64,000 nucleotides of DNA, from the NCBI GenBank assembly GCA_038087875.1, contig CM075990.1, positions 11,224,001-11,288,000 on the forward strand, in the 5' to 3' direction. Numbering within the stretch: the first letter of the stretch is position 1; every line of letters starts with the position of its first letter. Positions 1-11,076 of the stretch are shown piece after piece. Both the position numbers and the translations under genes were made by a program. The notes under the pieces are model-generated. The model was not told the origin of the DNA. It saw only the letters and a program-made list of their open reading frames with translations, and ran no database searches. Source of the stretch: Malacoraja senta. Taxonomy: Eukaryota.

Positions 1-582
1 TTGCACAGTCATTTTCTATCTTTCTTTCAGATTTCCAGTATCTGCTTTATTTATTTTTTAACTTTTCCGAAGTTCACCAGGATATTCAAACAATATTCTC
101 CTCAATCAAAGCTAAAATAGATCATCTGACCTGTTTGTGGAAGGTTGTTAAGAACAAATTGACCAGCTTTTCCTTTATTATAACAGTGACTCCTGTTCAT
201 TAACTATTAGATTGCAAAGCACTGTAGATATACAAGGATGTGAAAGAAGCTAATATAAATGTAACATCTCTCTTCGGCCTAGGAAGTGATTCTACCAGCC
301 AGTTCCTATGGTAATGATAGAAGATTAGAAAGCAAGATTCTGCATTTGCTGGTAATTTAAGACAAAAACTGAAAATTATGCAAATACTTAGCAACGGAGG
401 TGGCATTTGTGGAGAAAGAAGCAGTAGTTAATGTTTAAGGTTGATGACCTTTTTTTTCAGAACTAGGTTCAGCGAGGGTGAGGTAGGTATGGAACGAGTG
501 TTTAAATAGCAGAGAAAGAGGGAGGGGCATAACCCACAAAATGGCAGGTTTGTGAGAGGCAAATCAGACGAGATTAAGTGAC

Positions 583-674
583 GGTACACAAAAATGCTGG
601 AGAAACTCAGCGGGTGCAGCAGCATCTATGGAGCGAAGGAAATAGGTAACGTTTCGGGCCGAAACCCTTCTTCA
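583..674 (-). mobile_element. Penelope-derived mini-element (pLTR-like) with hammerhead-like core
   Basis: Reverse strand reads (C)TGAAGAAGGGTTTCGGCCCGAAACGTTACC...GTGTACC. Flanked by exact 13-bp direct repeat GAGATTAAGTGAC (570-582, 675-687). Near-identical to 41124-41215. Confidence 0.85.
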
Positions 675-1317
675 GAGATTAAGTGACAACTGGTGGATGC
701 GCCAACTGAATGGTGGTGGTAAAGAGGTGCCAGGAGGAGCTGTAAATTAGAACAGAGGAATAAAATGAGGAAAGAGGTGAAGTATTAAGGCTGGCATGGC
801 TGAATATCTGAACTCTGAATTCATTGCTGAGTCCATAAAGCTATAATAAAATATAACATAGAACATAGAGCAGCACAGCAGAGGACTGGGCCTTCTTGCC
901 CCATAATGTTGGTGCTGAACATGATGCTAAGTTAAACTGATCTCATCTGCCTGTACATGATCCATATCCCTCTATTCGCTGCACCTCAATCCAGAGATGC
1001 TGCCTGACCCACTCAGCTATTCCAGCTTTTTGTCTACCTTCAGTGTGAACCCGCTCCTGCAGTTCCCTCCTACACACTCAATCAACTTAGTAATGTTGTA
1101 AGTCAGAAGACGAGGTGCTGTTCTTTCAGCTGACATTGAGTTTTGTTAGAGCAGAGTAGAAGGCCCAGGGCAGAGAAGTCAAAGTGAGAATGAAATGGAG
1201 AGTTAATGTACCCAGCACTGGAAGTTGTGTTCTCGATGGAGGCATTCTGCTAAGTGCTCAACCAATTTGCCTTCATTTTCTTCAATGTCAGAAAGCCAAG
1301 ATCAAACCAGTCCACTT

Positions 1318-1540
1318 TGAGACACAAGAGACTGCAGATGCTGGAATTTTAAGCTTAAAAACAAAGTTCTGGAGGAACTCAACAGGCCAGGCAACAACTA
1401 TGGAGGGAAATGTACTGATGACATTTCAGGTCGGGACCTTTCTCCAAAATAAAAAAAATTCACACAAAAAAAAAAGTCTGTCCATTTCCCTCCACAGATA
1501 CTGCCTGGCTGCTGAATTCCTCCAGCATTTTGTTTTTTAG
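1318..1540. mobile_element. Degenerate inverted pair of Penelope-derived mini-elements
   Basis: Left arm (TTCTGGAGGAACTCAACAGGCCAGGCA) roughly complements right arm (CTGCCTGGCTGCTGAATTCCTCCAGCA). Confidence 0.65.
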
Positions 1541-1777
1541 ATCAGCTTACTTAATTGGTGGCCCATCTACTCCTTGTAGAACTATGTCTACAATGTGTGC
1601 CATCTGCAAAGTGCACAGCAGTTGCTGACCTAATCAAACATCCTGATTTTGGATGATCAGCCATGATCTTATTGAATGGCGGTGCAGGTTCGAAGGGCCG
1701 ACTGGCCTACTCCTGCACCTATTTTCTATGTTTCTATGTTTCTATTCCAGCAGTGCTTCCCAAATGTTCAAATATAA

Positions 1778-2243
1778 AGGGCCTGTCCCACTTTCACGAC
1801 CTAATTCACAACCTTTTTTACTCGTGGCCATTTTTCATCAGGCTAGAAAAAACGCCCCGACCTACTTACATAGAAAGATACATAGAAAATAGGTGCAGGA
1901 GTAGGCCATTCGGCCCTTCGAGCCTGCACTGCCATTCAATATGATCATGGCTGATCATCCAACTCAGTATCCCGTACCGGCCTTCTCTCCATACCCCCTG
2001 ATCCCCTTAGCCACAAGGGCCACATCTAACTCCCTCTTAAATATAGCCAATGAACTGGCCTCGACTACCCACTGTGGCAGAGAGTTCAGAGACTTGATGC
2101 CACGAGTACCTATGACTAGCATCACGACCTCCTACGACCTACCTACGACCTCCTACGACCTCGTGACGACCATGCTGCGAGTATACGTCAAGGGCAAACT
2201 CGGCAGAGGTTGTGAATTTGGTCGTGAACGTGGGACAGGCCCT
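1778..2243. mobile_element. Non-autonomous DNA transposon (MITE), PIF/Harbinger-like, interrupted by CR1 3' fragment
   Basis: 37-bp TIR AGGGCCTGTCCCACTTTCACGACCTAATTCACAACCT with 2 mismatches between ends. Flanks are TAA/TGA. Confidence 0.85.
1868..2090 (-). mobile_element. CR1-type LINE 3' end nested in MITE
   Basis: Reverse complement of the CR1 C-terminus, 3'UTR and TTTCTATG tail seen at 28060-28280. Confidence 0.85.
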
Positions 2244-2446
2244 TGACAAGGGCAGCAGGTACATGGGAAGAGTGCATAAAGGTTCTACAACAGGATATCC
2301 AGCATCCTGATTTGAAAGTATGTTCTTATTCCTTCATTGTTGATGGTCTGATCCTGGAACTCCATCCCATGAAACAATTTGGGAGGATGTTCACCAGAAA
2401 GATCTCAGCAGTTCAACCATGCAGCTCTGTAAAACTGTTCCAGGAT

Positions 2447-2905
2447 TTATGATTTAGGTTTCGATTTATTGTTGCCATGGGTGTACAGAAGTACAGTGAA
2501 CAGATTCGTTTTGCAGGCTATCAGATCAGATATACTCTTCATAATTACAATCAAGTCAAACTCGGGTACAATAGGTAGTGCGAAGGGGAAGATACAGAGT
2601 GCAGAATATAGTTCTCAGTATTGTAGAGCATCAGTACCATAGACAAAGTCCAATGTCCACAATGGGGTAGAGGTAAATCAGACAGTGGCCATGCTTATGA
2701 AAGGACCCGTTCAGAAGCCTGATAACAGAGGGAAAGAAGCTGTTCCTGAGTCTGGTGGTGTGTGCACTTTGAAGTTTCTGTACCTTCTGCCAAACAGGAC
2801 CAGGGAGACGAAAGATTGACCGGGATGGGACAAGTCCTTGATTATGTTGCCTGCTTTTCCGAGGCAGTGTGAAGTGCAGATTGAGTCAATGGTGTGAAGT
2901 CTGAT
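2447..2905 (-). mobile_element. Rex1/Babar-type LINE 3' end
   Basis: Minus strand encodes GRRYR...TTRLRNSFFPSVIRLLN, a typical Rex1/Babar C-terminus, then CACTGTAC..AATAAA tail. Confidence 0.75.
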
Positions 2906-4321
2906 CTGCTGCTACTCTGCAGGAATGCTGAGAGTAGTAAATCTACTACTCTCTGCAGGAATAATAAATGCTGGCCGTTCCAGCAAAACTCCGACCCTGA
3001 AAAATTAAAGGAAAACATACCGTGAGCACTTATAGCAGGAACAAGCTGGAACACACACAATGAAATGGCTATTTTGCTGAAGTAAAGGACCATTTTGTAA
3101 AGCCTTATTAATAATACCAATGTTAGAATAAGAGAACGGGATATAAATCTAACTAAATTTATCTCAGCTGACAGTTTAAACTCTGCATCCCAGTCCATGC
3201 ATGTATCAAGGTGTAGTGTGATTTAGACCGTTTAAGTTCTAATTCCCTTGAACTGGCATGTTTTTGAATAATTCCAAGCGTTTTCATCATATAAATAATG
3301 AAACCTATTGTCCAGTGTAGCAAAGATCCAAGAAATGTAATTGAAGCTCTTTCAGAGCTGCATTTAATAACAATTTGACAGTGCCACAGTATTCGTTCAG
3401 TTGGTGTGAAATTATTCATACTCACTCTCTCCAGACTCCAGGGAGTATTTATTTTGGGTGATAAGTACCATAAATTATGACATGCCTTGTTAAAATACTG
3501 ACATTTCTAGTTCCCATTTGGGAAAACACCGAATCCACAGGATTCCCAACAGAATGTTACTTTACCAACCTAATATTAATTCTAATTTTAAATAGAAGTA
3601 TAATGCACTCCACTTGCCTCAAGGTGCAGCACAAATTTAGATTTTTATTTTCAATTAATAGATTTTCAATCTCTGCACCGTAGCTCACGGAGTAATTGCC
3701 TATTTCTTTTTTCCTTCCATTGGAAATGTAAACTCTATGTACTGCAGGAGGGAGGTGCGTTAGGAGGATTGTTAATGAAGGGTTGGCTTCTGCTCTGTGG
3801 GTTTCAGAGTGGGAAGGGTCCTGGAATAATACTGCTGTATGCATTTATTCAGCTTTAGATTGAGCTGAGTTTTGCTGGGCTGTAGCAGGATGGTACTGCA
3901 AAATAACTCGTTGAAGGAGGTGATTTAAAGACTAAACTCTCAAATGTGTAGATGACATTGAGGCCCTCAGCTCATTCCACCCCACAACGCAACTATTCCA
4001 CAGCACTGCAGAATGTTGTCAAGCTGGAAAGGGTGGTGCTCCAAGGCATAAAGTCCTAGCCTGCCCAACCTCTCCTTATAGCTCAGACACTCAAGCATCA
4101 TCCTCGTAAATCTTCTCTGCACTCTTTCCAGCGTAACACCATCCTTCTCATGCTAGGGTGATCATACCTGAATACAAGACCCCATTTGTTCTCGACTTGA
4201 AACACTAAACCTGCTCCTCTTTCCATAGGTGCTGCCTGACCTGTTGGGACTCGAGTGCTTTTGATGTTCCTTTACCAGATCTATGGACCACTGGTAACAA
4301 GCAGCATTCAGTAGCAGTAAA

Positions 4322-5030
4322 AGGATTAGTCCAAGTCAGCATGGATTTATGAAAGGGAAATCATGCTTGACTAATCTTCTGGAATTCTTTGCGGATGTGA
4401 CAAGTAAAATGGATGAAGGGGAGCCAATGGATGTAGTGTATCTAGACTTTCAGAAAGCCTTTGATAAGGTCCCGGATGGGAGACTGGTGACTAAAATTAG
4501 AGCAAATGGTATTGGGGATAGGGTGTTGACATGGATAGAAAATTGGTTGGCAGACAGGAAGCAAAGAGTAAGAGTGAACGGTTCCTTTGCAGAATGGTAG
4601 GCCGTGGCGAGTGGAGTGCCGCAAGGCTCGGTGTTGGGGTCGCAACTGTTTACCATATATATTAATAATTTGGAAGAAGGAATTAGGAGCAACACTAGCA
4701 AGTTTGCAGATGACACAAAGCTGGCTGGCAGTGTAAACGGTGAAGAGGATGTTAGGAGGTTGCAGGGTAACCTGGACAGGTTGAGTGAGTGGGCAGATGC
4801 GTGGCAGATGCAGTATAATATAGATAAATGTGAGGTTATCCACTTTGGCGGCAAAAACAAGGGGGGAGATTATTATCTCAATAGGGTTAGGTTAGGTAAG
4901 GGGGAGGTGCAACAAGACCTGGGTGTCTTTGTACACCAGTCGCTGAAAGTTGGCGTGTAAGTACTGCAGAAAGCTAATGGGAATGTTAGCCTTCAAAACA
5001 AGAGGATTTCAGTATAGGAGTAAAGAGGTT
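4322..5030 (+). mobile_element. CR1-type LINE ORF2 reverse transcriptase fragment (disrupted, runs into gap)
   Basis: ORFs 4349-4600 and 4604-4960 contain GKSCLTNLLEFF, YLDFQKAFDKV, GVPQGSVLG and KFADDTK. In-frame stop at 4598-4600. Confidence 0.95.
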
Positions 5031-5230
5031 NNNNNNNNNNNNNNNNNNNNNNNNNNNNNNNNNNNNNNNNNNNNNNNNNNNNNNNNNNNNNNNNNNNNNN
5101 NNNNNNNNNNNNNNNNNNNNNNNNNNNNNNNNNNNNNNNNNNNNNNNNNNNNNNNNNNNNNNNNNNNNNNNNNNNNNNNNNNNNNNNNNNNNNNNNNNNN
5201 NNNNNNNNNNNNNNNNNNNNNNNNNNNNNN
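5031..5230. other. Assembly gap (200 N)
   Basis: Run of exactly 200 N. Confidence 1.
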
Positions 5231-5354
5231 AAATGATATAAGCAACTAACCTGGCCAATGTGGACTTTGCTGATTGCAATGGAAGCTTACCGTCCTGGTA
5301 TAATGTTGCTGTGGCTCCATATATTGCTTGTTACGGTGAGCAGCTTACAAACGG

Positions 5355-5630
5355 GTGAAAGTGTGCATCCTGTGGGCGTCCTGGTATAATCTGTGCCTAT
5401 CCACGATTTTGTGCATATCCGTGATTATGTACATCTGCATGCCAGGGTCCATCTGTGTGCCAGTCTCCATTGTGTGCATGTCTGCGTGCATCTATGTCTT
5501 TATGCATGTTAAAATATGTGCACAAGTGTGTGCCGGCAGGTGTTTCACCAAATGTGAGAATCTTTGTGTGTGTGTGTGTGTCTGTAAATGTGTACATGCA
5601 TTAGTGCTCTTATATGAATATTGCACGTGA
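5355..5630. repeat. Degenerate (TG)n/TGCA low-complexity tract
   Basis: TGTG/TGCATG-rich, with a pure TG run near 5566-5581. Confidence 0.7.
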
Positions 5631-5720
5631 GTGATTTTTAAAGAAGCTTATTTATTTTGGGGGATCTGTCCCATTCTTAACTCCTCTTGTGAAGGTGGTG
5701 GTGAGCTGCTTTCTTGAATT

Positions 5721-5858
5721 GCTAGTCTTCAACATAATCGAAGGGGGTCAAAGGAGGTCTTCTACATAGTCGAAGAGGGTCTTCAACATGACATTTTTCA
5801 AACCCTCCTAATCTCTTCTAAACGCACCCAATTAGGTCGCCCAAGTGGGACAGCCCCT
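5721..5858 (+). mobile_element. Right-end fragment of the 57534-58163 MITE family
   Basis: Collinear with 58027-58163 and ends ATTAGGTCGCCCAAGTGGGACAGCCCCT|TTA. Confidence 0.8.
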
Positions 5859-6560
5859 TTATGATGAGCAATTTCCAGAGCAAGATGCTGTGCATCCTGG
5901 AAATGTAATAATTCAAGAACAGTCAAGAGCGGCAGAGCTTGGGTTATGGGACGTTATGTTGGAATAGCCTTGCTGACTGCAGTTTGTCAATAGTTTACAC
6001 TGCAACCACTGTGTGCGCTTGTGTGCATGTGTGTATGTATAAACCTGATTGTGTGTGTGTGCGCTTCTCCTGCACCATATGAAATGCCTGCCCCTCTGCT
6101 CGTCCAATGAGATCCTGTTAGCAGATACAAGCTACGATTTGCAAGTGTGTTATTGTTAAGATAGGCCAAAATATATTTATATAAAATAGAGGATTTTTGC
6201 ATCTGCAGGGCCTGCTTAGTCAATGTCTGTGTAAAGCTGCGAGCCGGTGCCAGGAAGTCTGGGTCCTAGATTGAAATATCAGATAAGGTGAGGTCCAGAT
6301 GTCCTCCCTATTGTTAAAATGTATGAGAACTTTGCAGAGAAGCCCAGAGGTGTTGCAGATGCATTATCAGGATTGGCCGACTGTAGAAGGGTTGTAAATA
6401 CTGTTAATAATATTGCAAGGTGTTTGTGTTACTGTTTGATGATTGGCTGAAGTGTGAAGCCATGGTTGAATTGTTTATACTCCCTGGGAGAATGTTGCAT
6501 TACTTGGGTCAACTGACTTCTTTCCAGAAGCTTCTATAGAAACATTGTGATGGGGTGTTT

Positions 6561-6917
6561 TGTAATTGGGTTGGGGAACTGTCAATAACACTTTAAAGTA
6601 ATCAATATCTGTGATTGGTTTGTAGGGGCTGCCACCCCATTGCAGTTCTGCCCCACAGGGTTCGATGACCTATAAAAGGTGACTCCCACGAGGATCGTTG
6701 TCGATCTTCTGGAGGGGCGCTTGGGACTGCGTAACCTTTTGGAGGTGTCTGCTTGCACGAGGCTGAAGGGGTTGGACAAGCAGAGACAAGGATCGATCCC
6801 GCGGTGGTTAGGTATTGTATAGGGAATTCGTTATTGTTTCATAAAATAAAGTTTAGTGGTCCAGTGCTTGACTCGGTGTTTTACTGAACTAGACTGAGGT
6901 TTAGGAGCATAATTACA
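6561..6917 (+). mobile_element. Probable solo LTR
   Basis: TGTAATT...AATTACA terminal inverted ends, TATAAAAG at 6671, AATAAA at 6845, CpG-retaining interior. No TSD visible. Confidence 0.6.
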
Positions 6918-7117
6918 TTATTCTCATACCAAGGTGGCCACTGCCTTGCACCTTAATCTTGAGCCAAATGAAGCCACGTTACGTGTGGTTGTTGACACGA
7001 AGGTTGTGAGAAGCAGGTGGCAGGATGAAACATTGAGGGCCAGACCATGACAGAGAGCTGCAGCTAAACGGCTCGCACATTGACCAGCGATAAGCTGCGT
7101 CACATCCCAGCTGCAGA

Positions 7118-7708
7118 TTCACAAGTTTACAAGTTATAGGAGTAGAATTAGGCCATTCGGCCCATCAAGTCCACTCCGCCATTCAATCATGTCTGATCTC
7201 TGCCTTCTAATCCCATTTTCCTGCCTTCCCCCCCATAACCCTTCTCATCAAGAATTTGTCTATCTCTGCCTTAAAAAATATCCACTGACTTGGCCTCCAT
7301 AGCCCTCTGTGGCAATGAGTTCCACAGATTAACTACCCTCTGGCTAAAGAAGTTCCTCCTCACCTCCTTTCTAAAATAGTGCCCTTTAATTCTGAGGCTA
7401 TGACCTCTGGTCCTAGACTCTCCCACCAATGGAAACTTCCTTACCACATCCACGCTATCTATGCCCTTCATTATTCTGTAAGTTTCAATGAGGTCCCCCT
7501 TCAACCTTCTAAACTCCAGCAAGTAGAGGCTTAGTGCTGTCAAACACTCATCATACGTTAACCCACTCATTCCTGGAATCATTCTTGTAAACCTCCTCTG
7601 GACCCTCTCCAGAGCCAGCACATCCTTCCTCAGATATGGGGCCCAAATTTGATCACAGTACTCCAAATGCAGCCTGACCTGTGCCTTATAGAGCCTCAGC
7701 ATTACATC
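7118..7708 (-). mobile_element. CR1-type LINE 3' fragment
   Basis: ORF 7271-7702 (LYKAQVRLHLEYC...ERVQRRFTRMIPG...FFSQRVVNLWNSLP) plus CR1 3'UTR. Confidence 0.95.
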
Positions 7709-8573
7709 TCTAGATTATCTGTTTAAAACTACCAGCTATTGCCTGCTTGTGTATTAAAATAAAACCTGTTTTGGCCTCCTACATATAAAACCCTGTGATC
7801 ACTTTATATTATTAAGCTGGGGAGATTTAGTAAGTTAGAGAGCTGTTACCCTGTTCTGATCCCACACAGCAATGTTTGCTTAGAATGACCTCCAGCTTAC
7901 TTTGAGATTAATTCTGCCCATTTATTCACAATTATCTTGATGGATTTGGAAAGATTTTCATTAGGACTTGACCGGAGATAATGATTCGGGACCATCCTTC
8001 TTCAGTGTTGGAGCAGAAGTGAGCAGGATTTAAGCACCAGACTTGGCCAGCGACATTAAATAATTGCTCCATTACTCTTGACAGATCTCCCATGTGTTGT
8101 GATTATGGAGTAATGCGTCCATATCATCATCAGTATCTTACTAGCAATTCAGACACTGCAAAAGAAATGGACCTGGGATGGAAATCAACAGAGAAATTAG
8201 CTCATTGGGTGTGTCGAGTTGTAATGTTAACGTTCTGGCTTTACGGTTCTCACTTAAAGCAAGATCCATGCTTCCATTTTAAATAAACCAACATCCGAAA
8301 TTTAACAAGCAAACCATTTCTTGCATTTCACAAGAAACTTTCTAAGCTCTCCCCCGAGCCCATTACGCAGGTCCAAGCATTGGCTGTTGTCTTCATGAAT
8401 CAGTTGGCGCTCTCCCTTGAGACAATAAAGCAGCGGGTTTGTAGCAAAGGTAAGAAGACCGTACAATGATGCTATCTTAAACCTCATTAAGCAAAATGCG
8501 CTCCAGCATCAATCTTGCCAATTAATTTAATTAATTGGAAATAAAAAAGCTACCATAATGATAATCATAAAAC

Positions 8574-8687
8574 TACCGGGCAGTTGTAAAATTACCGGGC
8601 AGTTGTAAAATTACCGGGCAGTTGTAAAATTACCGGGCAGTCGTAAAATTACCGGGCAGTCATAAAATTACCGGGCAGTTGTAAAAA
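8574..8687. repeat. Minisatellite, 6 x 19 bp (TACCGGGCAGTTGTAAAAT)
   Basis: Six head-to-tail near-identical units with no spacers. Confidence 0.95.
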
Positions 8688-9427
8688 CACTTCTGGTTCA
8701 CTGGTGTTTTCACATGTTTTTCTTCCCAAGCCCGGCTTTTCTCTGATCCCGATCCATTGATCTGACAATGCCGCAAATTACATTGGTGAGCATGTGCGAA
8801 AGAGAAGGAATTGTAGATCCACAGGGAAATAGGAAGAAGTGGAGTGGGATTGCTCTGCTGAGAGCAAGTATGATCTCCCGTGGGCTGAATAGACTCCTTC
8901 TGCACTGTAATAAGTAAGTGAGTGAGGTCCACAACAATTCGCTCAACCATTCATTTTGAAATGGCTGGGCCCGATTCCTTTCTCAAAGGCAAATGGATGG
9001 GCAGTAAATGCTGGGTTTGCTAACGATGACATCAGTCGACGAAAAAATGGAAGGGCGATGCATTGTTCAACTGATGGTAACAATATGGAGGGAGGGGAGA
9101 AGTTAGCTTTGGCCTGCATAAGTTGGGTGAAGGGCAGTGATTCATGAGTGGGCAGAATCTTTCTGATCCATACCATGCTTGTCAGGGTAAATATTAAAGT
9201 CCTCCTTCCTTTGGGTGGAGAGTCTTAGGTGTGAGGGGCTGAAGTGTGGTGGGTTGTTGGGAGCATTTAAGAATGACTGGACTGAAATAAGGAATAATAT
9301 TTCAATTCATAATAGTAAATCCTTGGAATTCTGTACTCCAGAGAGTAATGCTCAGTATCTGCATATATTTAAAGCCCTGATCAACAGGAGCCAAGGGAAC
9401 CAGCTGATTGTGGCAGATGGAAGATCA

Positions 9428-9625
9428 GTAGATCGACACAAAAAGCTGCAGTAACCGGGACAGAAGGAATGGGTGATGCTTTGGGTCGAGACCCTTCTCC
9501 AGTCTGAAGAAGGGTCTTGACCTGAAACCTCACCCATTCCTACTCTCTTAGCCTGTCCCACTGAGTTACTCCAGATTTTTGTGTCTACCTTCAGTTTACA
9601 CCAGCATCTGCAGTTCCTTCCTACA
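9428..9625. mobile_element. Fold-back Penelope-derived mini-element
   Basis: Inverted arms meeting near 9500. Exact 14-bp TSD CAGATGGAAGATCA (9414-9427, 9626-9639). Confidence 0.85.
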
Positions 9626-9923
9626 CAGATGGAAGATCATGTTCAATCTTATTGAATAGTAGGGCAGGGCAGGGCAGGTCCAAGGGGCTGAATGGTCTAC
9701 TGCTCTTTTCTTCCTGGTGTTTTTATATCTCAGGTCAGTACTTTGTGCATTAGGGACAAGAGGTGTGTGGCTTATCTCTCCTCAAGCAACATGCATACAA
9801 ATAATCAGATTACATGCATTTTGTCGCCTGGGTTTCCCCAGTTTTGCAAAGCCAGCAGGTGAAAGAAGGGGGAAAAAGGTACATCCATGAGATAATTTTT
9901 TTTATAACTTGATCTCTGATAGC

Positions 9924-10247
9924 AGGTGCTGTAGAGTTACTGCCTTACAGCGCCACAGACCCAGGTTTGATCCTGACTACGGGTGCTGCCTGTATGGAGT
10001 TTCTATGTTCTCCCTGTGACCTGCGTGGGCTTCCTCTGGGATCTCTGGTTTTCTCCCACACTCCAAAGGCCTGCAGGTTTGTAGGTGGCTTCGGTAAAAT
10101 TGGCTTTGGTAAAATTGGCTTTGGTAAAATTGTAAATAGTCCCTAGTGTGTGTAGGATAGTGTTAGTGTGTGGGGCTCGCTGGTTAGTACGGACTCGGTG
10201 GGAAGGGCCAACTCCCATGCTGTATATCTAAAGTAAACTAAACTAAA
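9924..10247 (+). mobile_element. HE1-like tRNA-derived V-SINE
   Basis: B-box-like GGTTTGATCC, central GGTTTTCTCCCACACTCCAAAG, AAACT tail. Internal 15-bp triplication near 10086-10131. Confidence 0.85.
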
Positions 10248-10493
10248 GGAGGAGCAAGTTCACCGGACTGACGAGTTTATTGTCAAATGTAGAAGTCCAG
10301 TGAGGTGCAGATACAATGAAAATCATTGCTGAAGTAGGATCAGGGTTGTGCAGTTTGGTTCAAGAACCTGATGGTTGTAGGAACGTAGCTGTTCCTAAAC
10401 TTGATGGCATGAAACTTCAGGCTTCTGTACCTTTTGTACCTGTCCGACGATAGCAGAGAGAAGAGGGCAGATGGTGAGGATCCTTGATGATAG

Positions 10494-11074
10494 TAGACAC
10501 AAAAAGCTGGAGTAACTCAACAGGACAGGCTATTGAGGGAGTGCAGCATAGGTTCACAAGGTTAATTCCCAGGATGGCAGGACTGTCATATGTTGATAGA
10601 ATGAAGCGGCTGGGCTTGTACACTCTGGAATTTAGGATTAGAGGAGATCTTATTGAAATCTTATTAAGGGTTTGGACACTCTAGAGGCAGGAAACATGTT
10701 CCCGATGTCGGGGGAGTCCAGAACCAGGGGCTGCAGTTTAAGAATAAGGGGTCAGCCATTTAGAATGGAGATGAGGAGATACTTTTTCACACAGAGAGTT
10801 GTGAGTTTGTGGAATTCTCTGCCTCAGAAGGCGGTGGAGGCCGGTTCTTTGGTTGCTTTCAAGAAAGAGTTAGATAGAGCTCTTAAAGATAGCGGAGTCA
10901 AGGGATATGGGGAGAAGGCAGGAATGGGGTACTGATTGTGGATGATCAGCCATGATCACATTGAATGGCGTTGCTGGCTCAAAGGCCGAATGGCCTACTC
11001 CTGCACCTATTGTCTATTGTCTATCTCTGGAGAGAAGGAATGGGTGACGTTTCGGGTCGGGACCCTTCTTCAGA
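10494..11074 (-). mobile_element. Penelope-derived mini-element split by CR1
   Basis: Pieces at 10494-10528 and 11024-11074. Exact 11-bp TSD CTTGATGATAG (10483-10493, 11075-11085). Confidence 0.85.
10529..11023 (+). mobile_element. CR1-type LINE 3' fragment
   Basis: AIEGVQHRFTRLIP...FFTQRVVSLWNSLP...GYGEKAG plus 3'UTR and CTATTGT tail. Confidence 0.95.
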
Positions 11075-11076
11075 CT
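11043..11076 (-). ncRNA. Minimal hammerhead ribozyme-like motif (putative)
   Basis: Minus strand AGU CUGAAGA A GGGUC-CC-GACCC GAAAC GUC ACC has all core nucleotides. Stem I is only about 2 bp and stem III is the palindrome ACGU. Confidence 0.55.

Noticed and set aside
2950..3020. Minus-strand exon after TTTTCCTTTAATTTTTCAG
   Set aside because: Region matches the AATAAATGCTGG.. repeat tail also seen near 9000-9050, and there is no good donor.
4950..5279. ORFs spanning X residues
   Set aside because: Artefacts of the N gap.
6290..6450. Gypsy RNase H end (VADALS) beside the solo LTR
   Set aside because: Six-residue match without supporting motifs; likely chance.
8574..8687. CRISPR-like array
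   Set aside because: Head-to-tail units with no spacers, no cas genes, vertebrate DNA.
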